In this document: piece after piece, positions 46,959 to 55,928 of the stretch | Layout of the letters: each line of letters begins with the position of its first letter | Position numbering within the stretch: the first letter of the stretch is position 1 | From: Alphaproteobacteria bacterium | GTDB lineage: Bacteria > Pseudomonadota > Alphaproteobacteria > MPNO01 > UBA2964 | NCBI GenBank assembly: GCA_049602055.1 | Contig: JBMYRG010000008.1 | Location: 20,618-84,617 of the forward strand | Direction of reading: 5' to 3' | Length of the DNA: 64,000 nt | Program-made: the position numbers and the translations under genes | The notes under the pieces: generated by a model | What the model was told of the DNA's origin: nothing | Databases searched by the model: none | What the model saw: the letters and a program-made list of their open reading frames with translations, nothing else

Positions 46959-48155
46959 ATGAAAACCGCCATCGTTAATATCAAGACCATCGTCACCGGA
47001 GACTGGCGCAAACCATTTGCCAAAGGTGATTCCATTCTGATGGATAAGGGAAAAATCCGAAAAATTGGCACACTCAACAAAGCGGAGTTGAAAAGCTGTG
47101 ATGTTGTTATCGATGCCAATAAGACGACAGCCTGTCCCGGGTTAATCGACTCCCAGGTTCACATCGCCTTTGGTGACTACACGCCACGACAAAAAACCGT
47201 TGGGTTTATCGAAAGCTATCTCCACGGCGGTGTAACGAGTTGCCTGTCTGCCAGTGAGGTTCATGTGCCCGGTCGACCGACCGACCCTGAGGGGGTAAAG
47301 GCACTTGCCGTCGCAGCAAAAAAGAGTTTCGACAATCTTCGACCGGGCGGCTCACGCGTCTATGGCGGTTGCATCATTCTGGAACCCGGCCTCACCCAGA
47401 AAGATTTCAACGAGGTTGCCCAAAAAGGGATCTGGTTTGCCAAGGCGGGCTTTGGTGCCGTGAAAACACCATTTGATTACACGCCCTTGGTCAGAATGGC
47501 CCAAAAGGCCGGTATGCTGGTCAATTGCCATACCGGCGGTGCGTCAATTCCAGGTTCTTCGCCAATCATTGGCAAGCATCTAATGGATATGCGCCCGGAC
47601 GTCTCGTTTCATATTAATGGTGGGCCCATTGCGATGCCGGATGAAGATTTCCCAATGATCGTAAAGGAAACTGAAATTGCGCTACAGATATGCCAAGCCG
47701 GTAATATCCGTACCGCTTTGATGTGCCTCGATCTAGCTGTTGAGAATGATCAGTTTGACCGCTTTTTGATTGCCACAGACACCCCAACGGGCACCGGTGT
47801 CATGCCGCTTGGAATGATCAAATCTGTGACCGAGATGGCTACCCTTTCTGATTACCCTGCCGAATGGATGCTGGCCGCCGCCACCGGCAGCGTCGCCAAA
47901 ATCTACGGCCTCAACTCCGGCTTTATTAAACGCGGCAAGGACGCCGATATTTTATTGATTGATGCCCCGCTGGGTGGCAGCAAGAAGACGGCGCTCGAAG
48001 CCATCAAGCATGGTGATCTCGCCGCCGTCGGTGCCGTCATTACCGATGGTATTCCAAGGTTTGTCGGACGCAGCCGCAATACACCACCGACCACTCGTAC
48101 GGTCCGAACCATCAGAAACAATGTTCCCTTCGATTTCTCCGGTGCCGCGCATTAA
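46959..48155 (+). CDS. Enamidase-like amidohydrolase
   Basis: GDYTPRQKT, LHGGVT, HVPGRP, ILEPGLT, HTGG.SIPGS, HINGGP, D.P.GTG..PLG, SRNTPP follow Eubacterium barkeri enamidase as I recall it. Confidence 0.82.
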   Translation: MKTAIVNIKTIVTGDWRKPFAKGDSILMDKGKIRKIGTLNKAELKSCDVVIDANKTTACPGLIDSQVHIAFGDYTPRQKTVGFIESYLHGGVTSCLSASEVHVPGRPTDPEGVKALAVAAKKSFDNLRPGGSRVYGGCIILEPGLTQKDFNEVAQKGIWFAKAGFGAVKTPFDYTPLVRMAQKAGMLVNCHTGGASIPGSSPIIGKHLMDMRPDVSFHINGGPIAMPDEDFPMIVKETEIALQICQAGNIRTALMCLDLAVENDQFDRFLIATDTPTGTGVMPLGMIKSVTEMATLSDYPAEWMLAAATGSVAKIYGLNSGFIKRGKDADILLIDAPLGGSKKTALEAIKHGDLAAVGAVITDGIPRFVGRSRNTPPTTRTVRTIRNNVPFDFSGAAH

Positions 48156-48166
48156 GGAACACCCCC

Positions 48167-48742
48167 ATGCATATCCGAAAAATTGTCACCGCTGTTGAAG
48201 AAACATTCAGTGAAGCGGGACAAAACGCCGATACGCCGCTGCGCAAGGTTGCGGTCATTGCCGTCGTCAAAAATCCATATGCCGGTGCCTCGTATGAAGA
48301 AGACCTGTCTTCCTTGACAGATGCAAGCGAAGCGCTCGGCAAACAGATTACCAATATGGCAGCAGCCGCAATGAAACCCTACGCGATGGAAAGCTATGGC
48401 AAAGCGTCCGTCGTTGGTACAGCAGGTGAGCAACAGCACGGCTCCGCTATGGTCACAACGATCTATGGGAATGTGATGCGTGAAGCTGCCAATGGTGGCG
48501 CTGCCTGGATTTCCTCGACATCAAAACGAATAGCGCCCGGAGGCATCATCGATGTCCCACTCGCCCATAAAGACGCGCTCTATGTTCGGTCACATTACGA
48601 CACGATGACCGTGATGATCCCCGACGCGCCACTGCCCGATGAAATAGCGGTTATCTGCTGCTATGCCAATCGCGGCCAGCTCAATTCCCGTATTGGAGGG
48701 CTGGAAGCAAAAGACATCAAAGGCGAAGACGGTTTGACCTAG
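48167..48742 (+). CDS. DUF1185 (amino acid synthesis family) protein
   Basis: IRKIVT, AVIAVVKNPYAG, ESYGKASVVG..GEQQH, DVPLAHKD, RSHYDT, DAPLPDEI. Confidence 0.85.
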   Translation: MHIRKIVTAVEETFSEAGQNADTPLRKVAVIAVVKNPYAGASYEEDLSSLTDASEALGKQITNMAAAAMKPYAMESYGKASVVGTAGEQQHGSAMVTTIYGNVMREAANGGAAWISSTSKRIAPGGIIDVPLAHKDALYVRSHYDTMTVMIPDAPLPDEIAVICCYANRGQLNSRIGGLEAKDIKGEDGLT

Positions 48743-48860
48743 GGCTGCACACTGACGGCAAAGAGACAATGCGTCTGAATTTTTAGTGACTTCGGGTCAC
48801 ATAACAATCTCGTTAAATCTAACGATGGAAATGTCGCTTAGTCTTTTACGGCTATCGCAA

Positions 48861-48893
48861 AAAGAAACGGTCCGGTGCACCCCACCGGACCGT
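48861..48893 (-). terminator. Intrinsic terminator downstream of second dctM
   Basis: ACGGTCCGGTG-caccc-CACCGGACCGT 11-bp stem with adjacent A-tract on the plus strand. Confidence 0.82.
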
Positions 48894-48931
48894 CATCTTC
48901 TAACGTGCAGACGGACTCCGCCTGCCTCCCC

Positions 48932-50245
48932 CTAAGTCCCCATAAGGCTGGGCAGATACAACGCCACACCGGGTGCAATTACGAGAATGATGATCAGGAC
49001 CAGGTCACAGAACAGGTATGGCAACGCTGCCATCGCGACCTCGCCCAGGGTCGTCTCCTTGACCATCCCTAACATGATAAATAACAACAATCCGAAGGGC
49101 GGCGTCGTCGCACTCATTTCAAGAGACATAAGAACAATCAGCGAGAACCAGATTGGGTCATAGCCAAGCGAGATCGCCAACGGATAAAAGATCGGCACGG
49201 TGATCAACATCATCGAAACCTGGTCCATAAACATCCCCAGCATAATCAACACCAAGAACATACAGGTCAGGATCAAGAGCGGCGAGACATCGAAACCTGT
49301 TGCCCAGCCGACCAACCCCCGGCTCGCACCGGACATTGATAAAAGCTGACTAAATACCGTCGAGTTCATCAAGATGAAGAAGACCATACCGGCAACACGG
49401 ATCGTACCCTGCAAGGATGTCTTAAAGGCCGTCCAGGTAAACACCCGCCGTGCTACAGCCAGGATAACTACCCCGACAACGCCGAATGACGCGGACTCAG
49501 ATGGCGTTGCCCAACCAAGAACGATAAAGCCAATGACCATAAAGACCACCAGCCCCATCGGCAGGATGTTGACACAAATCTGGTAGATCTTTTCTTTCCA
49601 GGTCGTCGGCTCCACGTCATAACTTGGCGCTGATTCCGGATTCTTCCAAAGCATGAACGTAATCATCAGAGCATAAAGCACGGCCAGCAGAATCCCGGGC
49701 AACAGTCCGGCGATCAACAAACGACCAACATCAACTTGAGCTATACTGGCCAGAAGGACACCCAGCGAGGAAGGCGGAATGATCATCGCAAGCCCACCGG
49801 TGCCAAGGATCGGCCCCATCGACATCTTTTTACTGTAACCACGACGGGTCATTTCAGGGACCAGAAGCGATCCCAGCATAGCCGTATTGGCCATCGTTGA
49901 CCCCGTCAGGGTCGAAAACAGTGAACCACCAATAACGGTCAGATAACACAGTCGACCCGGGATTTTACCGAGCAGCTTGTCAAGGGCATCAAAGACCCTG
50001 ATTGCTAGTCCCGTATGGAAAAACAGCGACCCCATCAAAATAAACATCGGGATCGGCGACAGTGTAAATGACGTGATCAGATTGGTGGCATTGTCAGCAA
50101 TTTGCGGCAATACCGGCCAGCCGCCGGAAAACACGAAAATACCGATCACATTGGTGATCATGAAGGTGAAAGCGACAGGGAAGCCTAGAGCCATCCCTGC
50201 AACAACACAGCCTAGTAACAGGCCGCCAGATTCATACCATTCCAT
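48932..50245 (-). CDS. dctM: TRAP transporter large permease (system 2), paralogue of 35103-36416
   Basis: MEWY start, MANTAMLGSL, MGPILGTGGLAMIIPPS, TTPPFGLLL shared with system 1. Confidence 0.95.
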   Translation of the reverse strand: MEWYESGGLLLGCVVAGMALGFPVAFTFMITNVIGIFVFSGGWPVLPQIADNATNLITSFTLSPIPMFILMGSLFFHTGLAIRVFDALDKLLGKIPGRLCYLTVIGGSLFSTLTGSTMANTAMLGSLLVPEMTRRGYSKKMSMGPILGTGGLAMIIPPSSLGVLLASIAQVDVGRLLIAGLLPGILLAVLYALMITFMLWKNPESAPSYDVEPTTWKEKIYQICVNILPMGLVVFMVIGFIVLGWATPSESASFGVVGVVILAVARRVFTWTAFKTSLQGTIRVAGMVFFILMNSTVFSQLLSMSGASRGLVGWATGFDVSPLLILTCMFLVLIMLGMFMDQVSMMLITVPIFYPLAISLGYDPIWFSLIVLMSLEMSATTPPFGLLLFIMLGMVKETTLGEVAMAALPYLFCDLVLIIILVIAPGVALYLPSLMGT

Positions 50246-50247
50246 GA

Positions 50248-50766
50248 CTAAACGCCGTCCTTAACTTCGCCCAGATCGTACGAGTAGTAGGACCGAAGAC
50301 CCACGAGATACATGCAAAACTCAAATGCAACGAGCAAAAAACACAATGGTAATGGCAGGAACTGCAACCAGTACGGCATATCGACGCCACGAACATCAAG
50401 TTCACCACCGACCCAGTAATCCGCGAAAATACCCCAGCACAAATAGGCAAACAGGAAGGATACTGCAGCGCAAACCAAATAGATAACTTTGGCGAGCGGT
50501 TGCCGGACAGAATCCGGCAAAGCCGCCACCAAAGCTTCAATGACGACATGTCCACGCTCGCGGACTAGCCACGGAGCGGAACACATCGCCATATAGAGAA
50601 GTGCATACTCAACGACCGATGATGTGAAGAGCGGTGGGCGGTAGCCCAAAGTCCTGATCGACACATCAATCGTAATCATCAGGAACATGCAGGGGATAAG
50701 AGCACAGGCGAACCAAGACAGTGCCGTACTCGTTTTCCCGAGCATTAAATCAAAAGTCTGTAACAA
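50248..50766 (-). CDS. dctQ: TRAP transporter small permease (system 2)
   Basis: Four TM helices, DVSIR, VEY, GHVVIE. Confidence 0.9.
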   Translation of the reverse strand: MLQTFDLMLGKTSTALSWFACALIPCMFLMITIDVSIRTLGYRPPLFTSSVVEYALLYMAMCSAPWLVRERGHVVIEALVAALPDSVRQPLAKVIYLVCAAVSFLFAYLCWGIFADYWVGGELDVRGVDMPYWLQFLPLPLCFLLVAFEFCMYLVGLRSYYSYDLGEVKDGV

Positions 50767-50801
50767 TGGACTTTCCTTTTATCGTTGGTATGCAGACAGG
50801 T

Positions 50802-51842
50802 TTACTGCTTCAAACGCGTGTCACCCAGATCCATCTGACGGTCGGGTTTTCCTGGCGTGTAAAGAAGAGGCTTAAGCTGATCGTGGTATTTAGACCGGGT
50901 CTTCAGCTCCTTCCAGATTTCAGCATGAGCGATATCCAGATATTTCTGGGCAGTTTTGCCCGTCAGCTGAATGTCAATGATGCCCTGTTTCTTGACCAGG
51001 ACTTCTTCCGCCAAACGCTCTTTTTCAACGAATTTAACCGAGGTGTTTTCATACTCAAGGGCAACTTTCTCAAGAAAGGACTTTTCTTTCTTGGTCAATT
51101 TAGCCCAAGAGGCGAGATTAACCGTTACGACCTGGTTCGTCTGATAGAAGTTTGGCTGTACCCGATACTTAATAACGGGGCCGAGACCAATTGCCATCAC
51201 TGAGCTATCGGTCATGCCGAAGCCCTGAACCGTGCCGCGCTGCATAGCGGTAATGATTTCGCTCGATTTGATGTTAATGGTCGTCGCACCAAGGGCCCGG
51301 AACAATGGGCGATAGGTACCAGTCGCCCGCATCTTAACGCCACGAAGATCAGGCAGACCGTCTTTGTCCATTTTAGGCTTAATGCCGAGGAACATGTTGT
51401 AAGACGTCATGTTCTCGCCCCAGGCGAGGAGATGGGCACCAGCCTTTTCCGCATAGATTTTCTGCAATAAAGCAAAACCACCATTGGCACGAAGGGCACG
51501 AGGGCCTTTATTGGCAGCCAAAAGGCCATAGCCTTCAGGAACTGTACCAATGTAATACGCAGTTGGTGCGCTAAGAACGTCGAACTGTCCACGTTTAAGC
51601 GCTGAAGCAGCCTTACGTGGCGGTACAACTTCCTGTCCACCGAGATATTTCATCTGCACATTGCCCTTACCTTGGGCATTAACGGCACCGATGAAATTTT
51701 TGATATAGGATTTGGCGAGAATGTTTGTTTGCTGCAGAGCCGTAACCGTTGTGAGGGTTGTCTCGGCGACCACAGGTGACGTTGAGATCACGGCGGCTGC
51801 TGCAACAGCAATCGCGCCCATCCCAGTTTTTACGGAAATCAT
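50802..51842 (-). CDS. dctP: TRAP substrate-binding protein (system 2, copy A)
   Basis: Signal peptide, GGQEVVPPRKA, LKRGQFD, LRGVKMR, AMQRGTV. Confidence 0.9.
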   Translation of the reverse strand: MISVKTGMGAIAVAAAAVISTSPVVAETTLTTVTALQQTNILAKSYIKNFIGAVNAQGKGNVQMKYLGGQEVVPPRKAASALKRGQFDVLSAPTAYYIGTVPEGYGLLAANKGPRALRANGGFALLQKIYAEKAGAHLLAWGENMTSYNMFLGIKPKMDKDGLPDLRGVKMRATGTYRPLFRALGATTINIKSSEIITAMQRGTVQGFGMTDSSVMAIGLGPVIKYRVQPNFYQTNQVVTVNLASWAKLTKKEKSFLEKVALEYENTSVKFVEKERLAEEVLVKKQGIIDIQLTGKTAQKYLDIAHAEIWKELKTRSKYHDQLKPLLYTPGKPDRQMDLGDTRLKQ

Positions 51843-51947
51843 CTTGTACTCCCTAATTTCAATTCAATTATTCAGTCGTGATTAAAAAACAAAGCAATTG
51901 GCCAAGAATAAATCCCGCCTTTTAAAATTTGTCATTCATCCCGCGGC

Positions 51948-51976
51948 ATACTGAACGGACTCTTTTTTGTTGTCAA
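51948..51976 (-). promoter_or_regulatory. Sigma-70-type promoter for dctP copy A
   Basis: TTGACA-N17-CAGTAT on the minus strand, with hexamers and spacing identical to the element before copy B. Confidence 0.65.
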
Positions 51977-52028
51977 ACACGCTCTATAACAACGTTATGA
52001 CGAGATATCCCCAGCAAATTTTTTACAT

Positions 52029-52062
52029 AAAAAAACGGCACCAACCTAAAGGCTGACGCCGT
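52029..52062 (-). terminator. Intrinsic terminator between the tandem dctP genes
   Basis: Minus-strand RNA ACGGCGUCAGCC-UUUA-GGUUGGUGCCGU (12 bp with G-U pairs) followed by a U-tract. Confidence 0.8.
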
Positions 52063-52102
52063 CTTTTAATCGATAGATCTCTTAATTGAGATCAACCAGA
52101 AT

Positions 52103-53146
52103 TTAGCGTTTCTGATCAAGCATACGACCCGTATCAACCTGACGGTTAGGCTTGCCAGGCTTGTATAGAAGTGGCTTCAGTTGGTCGTGGAACTTCGACC
52201 GTTTCTTCAGCTCTTTCCAGATTTCGCCGTGAGCGATATCGAGATATTTCTGAGCAGCGGCACCCTTCAGAACCACATCCTTGATACCAGCCTTCTTCAG
52301 CTGCAGTTCTTCGGCCAGACGGGTCTTTTCAACAAACTTCACAGAAGCAGTCTCATATATGACGGCCTGAGCGTTGAGAAAATCCTTCTGCTTTTTGGTC
52401 AATGAATCCCAGGTCTTTGGGTTAACCGTCAGCACCTGGTTCGTCTGATAGAAGTTTGGCAAAACACGGTATTTTGTAACCTTGTCGAGGCCCAATGAAA
52501 TAACCGACACATCAGTAAATCCGTAACCATCGACAGTACCGCGCTGAATTGCAGTGATCACTTCCGAAGACTTGATATTAATCGTGGTCGCACCGAGCGC
52601 CCTGAAAAGAGGACGATAGGTACCGGTCGCCCGCATCTTGTAACCTGTAAGATTTGGAATTCCGTCAGCACCAAGCTTCGGCGCTTTGTGAAGATACATG
52701 TGATAGGACGTCATGCTCTCGCCCCAGGCTAGAAGGTGAGAACCGGCCTTCTCTTTATAAATCTTCTGCAGCAGAGCAAATCCACCGTTCTTACGGAGAA
52801 CCTTGGGACCCTGATTTGAAGCGAGAATGCCATAGCCCTCGGGAACCGTCCCGATATAATAGGCTGTCGGGCAAGCCAGCATGTCAAACTGACCACGCTT
52901 AAGAGCTGCAGCAGCTTTACGCGGTGGCACTACTTCCTGACCACCGACATAATTAATCTTGACGATACCCTTACCTGCCGCATTTACCGGCTTCATAAAA
53001 GTCTGCAAAAAGCTCTGCGCAATAACGTTGGTCTGTTGAAGACCAGTCACGGCATTCAGCGTCCGCTCTGCAGCAAAAGCTGAACCACCCGCTAAGGCGA
53101 CCGTTGCAGCTGCCGCCGCAAAAATTCCTGAATTCAATATTTTCAT
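52103..53146 (-). CDS. dctP: TRAP substrate-binding protein (system 2, copy B)
   Basis: Close paralogue of 50802-51842 (for example PTAYYIGTVPEGYG, KMRATGTYRPLFRALGATTINIKSSE). Confidence 0.9.
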   Translation of the reverse strand: MKILNSGIFAAAAATVALAGGSAFAAERTLNAVTGLQQTNVIAQSFLQTFMKPVNAAGKGIVKINYVGGQEVVPPRKAAAALKRGQFDMLACPTAYYIGTVPEGYGILASNQGPKVLRKNGGFALLQKIYKEKAGSHLLAWGESMTSYHMYLHKAPKLGADGIPNLTGYKMRATGTYRPLFRALGATTINIKSSEVITAIQRGTVDGYGFTDVSVISLGLDKVTKYRVLPNFYQTNQVLTVNPKTWDSLTKKQKDFLNAQAVIYETASVKFVEKTRLAEELQLKKAGIKDVVLKGAAAQKYLDIAHGEIWKELKKRSKFHDQLKPLLYKPGKPNRQVDTGRMLDQKR

Positions 53147-53222
53147 AAATGTCTCCCTATAGAACGTTTACATTCAGCGGTTTATAGACCGCAGAATTGG
53201 TTTAAACCTGAAATGCGGCAAA

Positions 53223-53251
53223 ATACTGGCGGGACTGTGGCGCGATGTCAA
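53223..53251 (-). promoter_or_regulatory. Sigma-70-type promoter for dctP copy B
   Basis: TTGACA-N17-CAGTAT on the minus strand, at the end of ubiD. Confidence 0.65.
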
Positions 53252-53268
53252 TTAAATGAACCTTCAAA

Positions 53269-54924
53269 TTAAAAGGTTTCTTTTTCGTCCCAGCCAGCCT
53301 CCGCATCGCGCACAGACGTTTCGGGCACCAGACCCTTTTGCTGCCGTTGCAATGTGCGAGCGCCATTCTCCAGATAATCACCCGCGGCTGCGCGTTCAGC
53401 GGCGTCAGCCCAGTCCTGCGTCCAGTCACCAAGCGAATAGCCGAACCAGGGTGGCGTCGGACGAACTGGTGGCAGACCGAGTTTGTTCCATAGCTTGAGA
53501 CCACGCTCCATATATTCCTGGGTCGGAAGCGCGACAGGCGGCATATCACTTTTCATTGTCGCATCAATGAGCAAAGTCGAATCTTCTTCGCCAGTGTGTT
53601 CGCGCTTGGGGCCATGCCCCTGGCCGCGATGTGCCAGCGTTAGAACATCGTCAACCGGGTTAAGGCGATAGGCAATCGCCCAAAGCAAGGCATCGGCATT
53701 GTCGGGGTCGATATCTTCGTTCACCGCGATACAGACCTTGCTGCAGTCACCTTTGAAGTAGGCTGAGCCATAAAGAGCCCGCCAAATCTCGGTTTTCGGC
53801 GTGTCTCTTTCGACCGTAATGATAGTGACTCGCAACAATCCCGTCAGAGGTTCATGCAGCGAGACCTTTTTAACTCCCTTAATTCCCAACGCATCGCGAA
53901 GATGGGCCAGGAACAGCGGTTCATAAGCCACGCGCTTTATGACACTCGATTCAGAAGGCGCCGCCTGACTTATATAAGAGGTGAGGACAGCATCTTTGCG
54001 ATGCGTAATAGCGGTCACCTGCATCGGCATATTGAATTCTTCGAGCGCAACATGGCCGTGGCTTTCACCAAACGGACCTTCAGGCTCAACCATCTCGGTA
54101 TCGATAATGCCTTCGATAACCAATTCTGCTTCTGCAGGCACCATCAGATCAACAGTCCGTGCCCTGACCATATTAATAGGTGCGCCAGCGAGACCACCGG
54201 CCACCCCAACCTCATCGATATCAAGCGGAAGTTTCTGGGGGCCCATAAAGGCGACGACTGGTGGGCAACCAAGAACGATAGCCACCGGCATTTTCTTTTC
54301 GCCGCGCGCCTGATGCTTTTTGTAGTGGGCATAACCGCCGGCACCACCAACCCGCGTTGCCATGCGGACGACCATACGATCAGACGCTTTTAAGGCTGCC
54401 CGGTACGTCCCCATATTCTGAACACCTGTTTCCGGATCGCGGGTTACAACATTCGTTGAAGTTAATGTCGGTGCGGCGTCAAAACCCGGGGTCGAAACCG
54501 GGATCGGCAGTGAGTCGATGCCGTTTCCTTCACCCAGCAGCGCGTCACCTTCAATGATTACCTCGTGACAGGGCGCGTCTTCGACAATCACCGGGTCGAC
54601 AGGATTATTAATCGCCGTATCCCATTTGGCGCCGATCTCATCAACGGGTGCCTGCATACCGACACTATATATGTCCTGATTTGCGGCCAGCGCGCCGACC
54701 ACGATCGGCAGATCATATTTGCGCCCTTTGGCATTCACGACATTCGTGAACAAAAACGCCCTGCGTTCGCTTTCCTTAAGACCGCCAACAAACTGCCACC
54801 GCACCAGCGCATGCATTTCGGCATCTTTATCGACGGGATCATCGACAGTGATCAAAAGCCCCGCCTCATCGAGGGCTTTAATGTGGTCATGAAGATCGCG
54901 ATAGTCTCGTTTAGGGCTGGTCAT
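53269..54924 (-). CDS. UbiD-family (prFMN-dependent) decarboxylase
   Basis: DLHDHIKALDEAGLL, NMGTYR (catalytic Arg), VPAEAELVIEG, EGPFGE (catalytic Glu pair), IAVNEDID, LLWAI..R. Confidence 0.92.
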   Translation of the reverse strand: MTSPKRDYRDLHDHIKALDEAGLLITVDDPVDKDAEMHALVRWQFVGGLKESERRAFLFTNVVNAKGRKYDLPIVVGALAANQDIYSVGMQAPVDEIGAKWDTAINNPVDPVIVEDAPCHEVIIEGDALLGEGNGIDSLPIPVSTPGFDAAPTLTSTNVVTRDPETGVQNMGTYRAALKASDRMVVRMATRVGGAGGYAHYKKHQARGEKKMPVAIVLGCPPVVAFMGPQKLPLDIDEVGVAGGLAGAPINMVRARTVDLMVPAEAELVIEGIIDTEMVEPEGPFGESHGHVALEEFNMPMQVTAITHRKDAVLTSYISQAAPSESSVIKRVAYEPLFLAHLRDALGIKGVKKVSLHEPLTGLLRVTIITVERDTPKTEIWRALYGSAYFKGDCSKVCIAVNEDIDPDNADALLWAIAYRLNPVDDVLTLAHRGQGHGPKREHTGEEDSTLLIDATMKSDMPPVALPTQEYMERGLKLWNKLGLPPVRPTPPWFGYSLGDWTQDWADAAERAAAGDYLENGARTLQRQQKGLVPETSVRDAEAGWDEKETF

Positions 54925-54937
54925 TCTTGTGTACTCT

Positions 54938-54967
54938 TATGGCAAATCATCCAATTAACTTGCCATA
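54938..54967. promoter_or_regulatory. Inverted repeat (candidate operator) between divergent ubiD and Mo-hydroxylase operons
   Basis: TATGGCAA-N14-TTGCCATA. Confidence 0.45.
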
Positions 54968-54982
54968 CCATACGGCGGCGTA

Positions 54983-55011
54983 TTGACAACCCCCTAGCGG
55001 CTCCATATCCA
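54983..55011 (+). promoter_or_regulatory. Possible sigma-70 promoter of Mo-hydroxylase operon
   Basis: TTGACA-N17-TATCCA. Confidence 0.45.
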
Positions 55012-55046
55012 TGCAGGAGATGCGTTCAAAGTGATTAGAAAGACCG

Positions 55047-55928
55047 ATGAAAGCAGCCAGTTTCGACTATGTCCGCGTTGCCTCTATTGAGGAGGCCTGC
55101 CAGGCCTTGGCTGACGGCGGCGAAGATGCCCGTATTATCGCGGGTGGCCAGACCATGATCCCGTTAATGGCCATGCGCCTTGCCCGGCCATCCCTGCTGA
55201 TCGACATAAATGACGTTAGCGAACTTGCCGGTATTTCAGTAGACGGCGACCATCTCGTAATAAGAGCGGGCACCCGCCAGTATGATACCCTTGCCTCCGA
55301 AACCGTAAAATCGCAACTTCCCTTGCTCGCAGACGCGCTATCACATGTCGGACATACTCAGACCCGCAATCGCGGCACTGTCGGCGGCAGTCTCGTCAAT
55401 GCCGACCCGTCCGCCGAAATCCCCTTAATCGCGCAAACACTCGATGCAACGATTGTTGCGCAAAGCACCCGCAGCCAACGAACAATTGCGGCGAGTGACT
55501 TTTTCGAATCTGCGATGGCGACAACTCTCGCGCCGGATGAATGCCTTGTTGAAGTTCGATTCCCAATCTGGCCATCCGAGAATACCGGCTTCGGGTTTCA
55601 CGAAGTCAGCATCCGCGACAGTGACTTCGCGCTGGCAGCGGCAGCAGCGCAGACGACGTTGGATGGCAATGGCAAATGCCAGAAATTAGCGGTCGCTATC
55701 TGCGGTGCTTCTCCTGCCGCGTTAAGGCTGACCGGCGTTGAAGGGACTCTGGTTGGCGGCGATCTCAATGACGATGCCATCAAAACCACCTGCGCCAATA
55801 TTGACGATCTCATTGATCCGCAATCCGACGTCCACGCTGATGCTGCCTATCGTGGCCGCGTTGCCAAGGTGATGGCGCGACGCGCAATTAGCGATGCGCG
55901 TGACCGGGCAAATGGAATTCTGGCATGA
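55047..55928 (+). CDS. Molybdenum hydroxylase FAD-binding (medium) subunit
   Basis: MKAASFDY, IAGGQTMIP, RNRGTVGGSL, ADPSAE, DAAYR. Confidence 0.95.
   Translation: MKAASFDYVRVASIEEACQALADGGEDARIIAGGQTMIPLMAMRLARPSLLIDINDVSELAGISVDGDHLVIRAGTRQYDTLASETVKSQLPLLADALSHVGHTQTRNRGTVGGSLVNADPSAEIPLIAQTLDATIVAQSTRSQRTIAASDFFESAMATTLAPDECLVEVRFPIWPSENTGFGFHEVSIRDSDFALAAAAAQTTLDGNGKCQKLAVAICGASPAALRLTGVEGTLVGGDLNDDAIKTTCANIDDLIDPQSDVHADAAYRGRVAKVMARRAISDARDRANGILA

Noticed and set aside
46959-48742. Complete reductive nicotinate pathway
   Set aside because: 6-hydroxynicotinate reductase and downstream glutarate-branch genes are absent; only the enamidase-like gene and DUF1185 are present.
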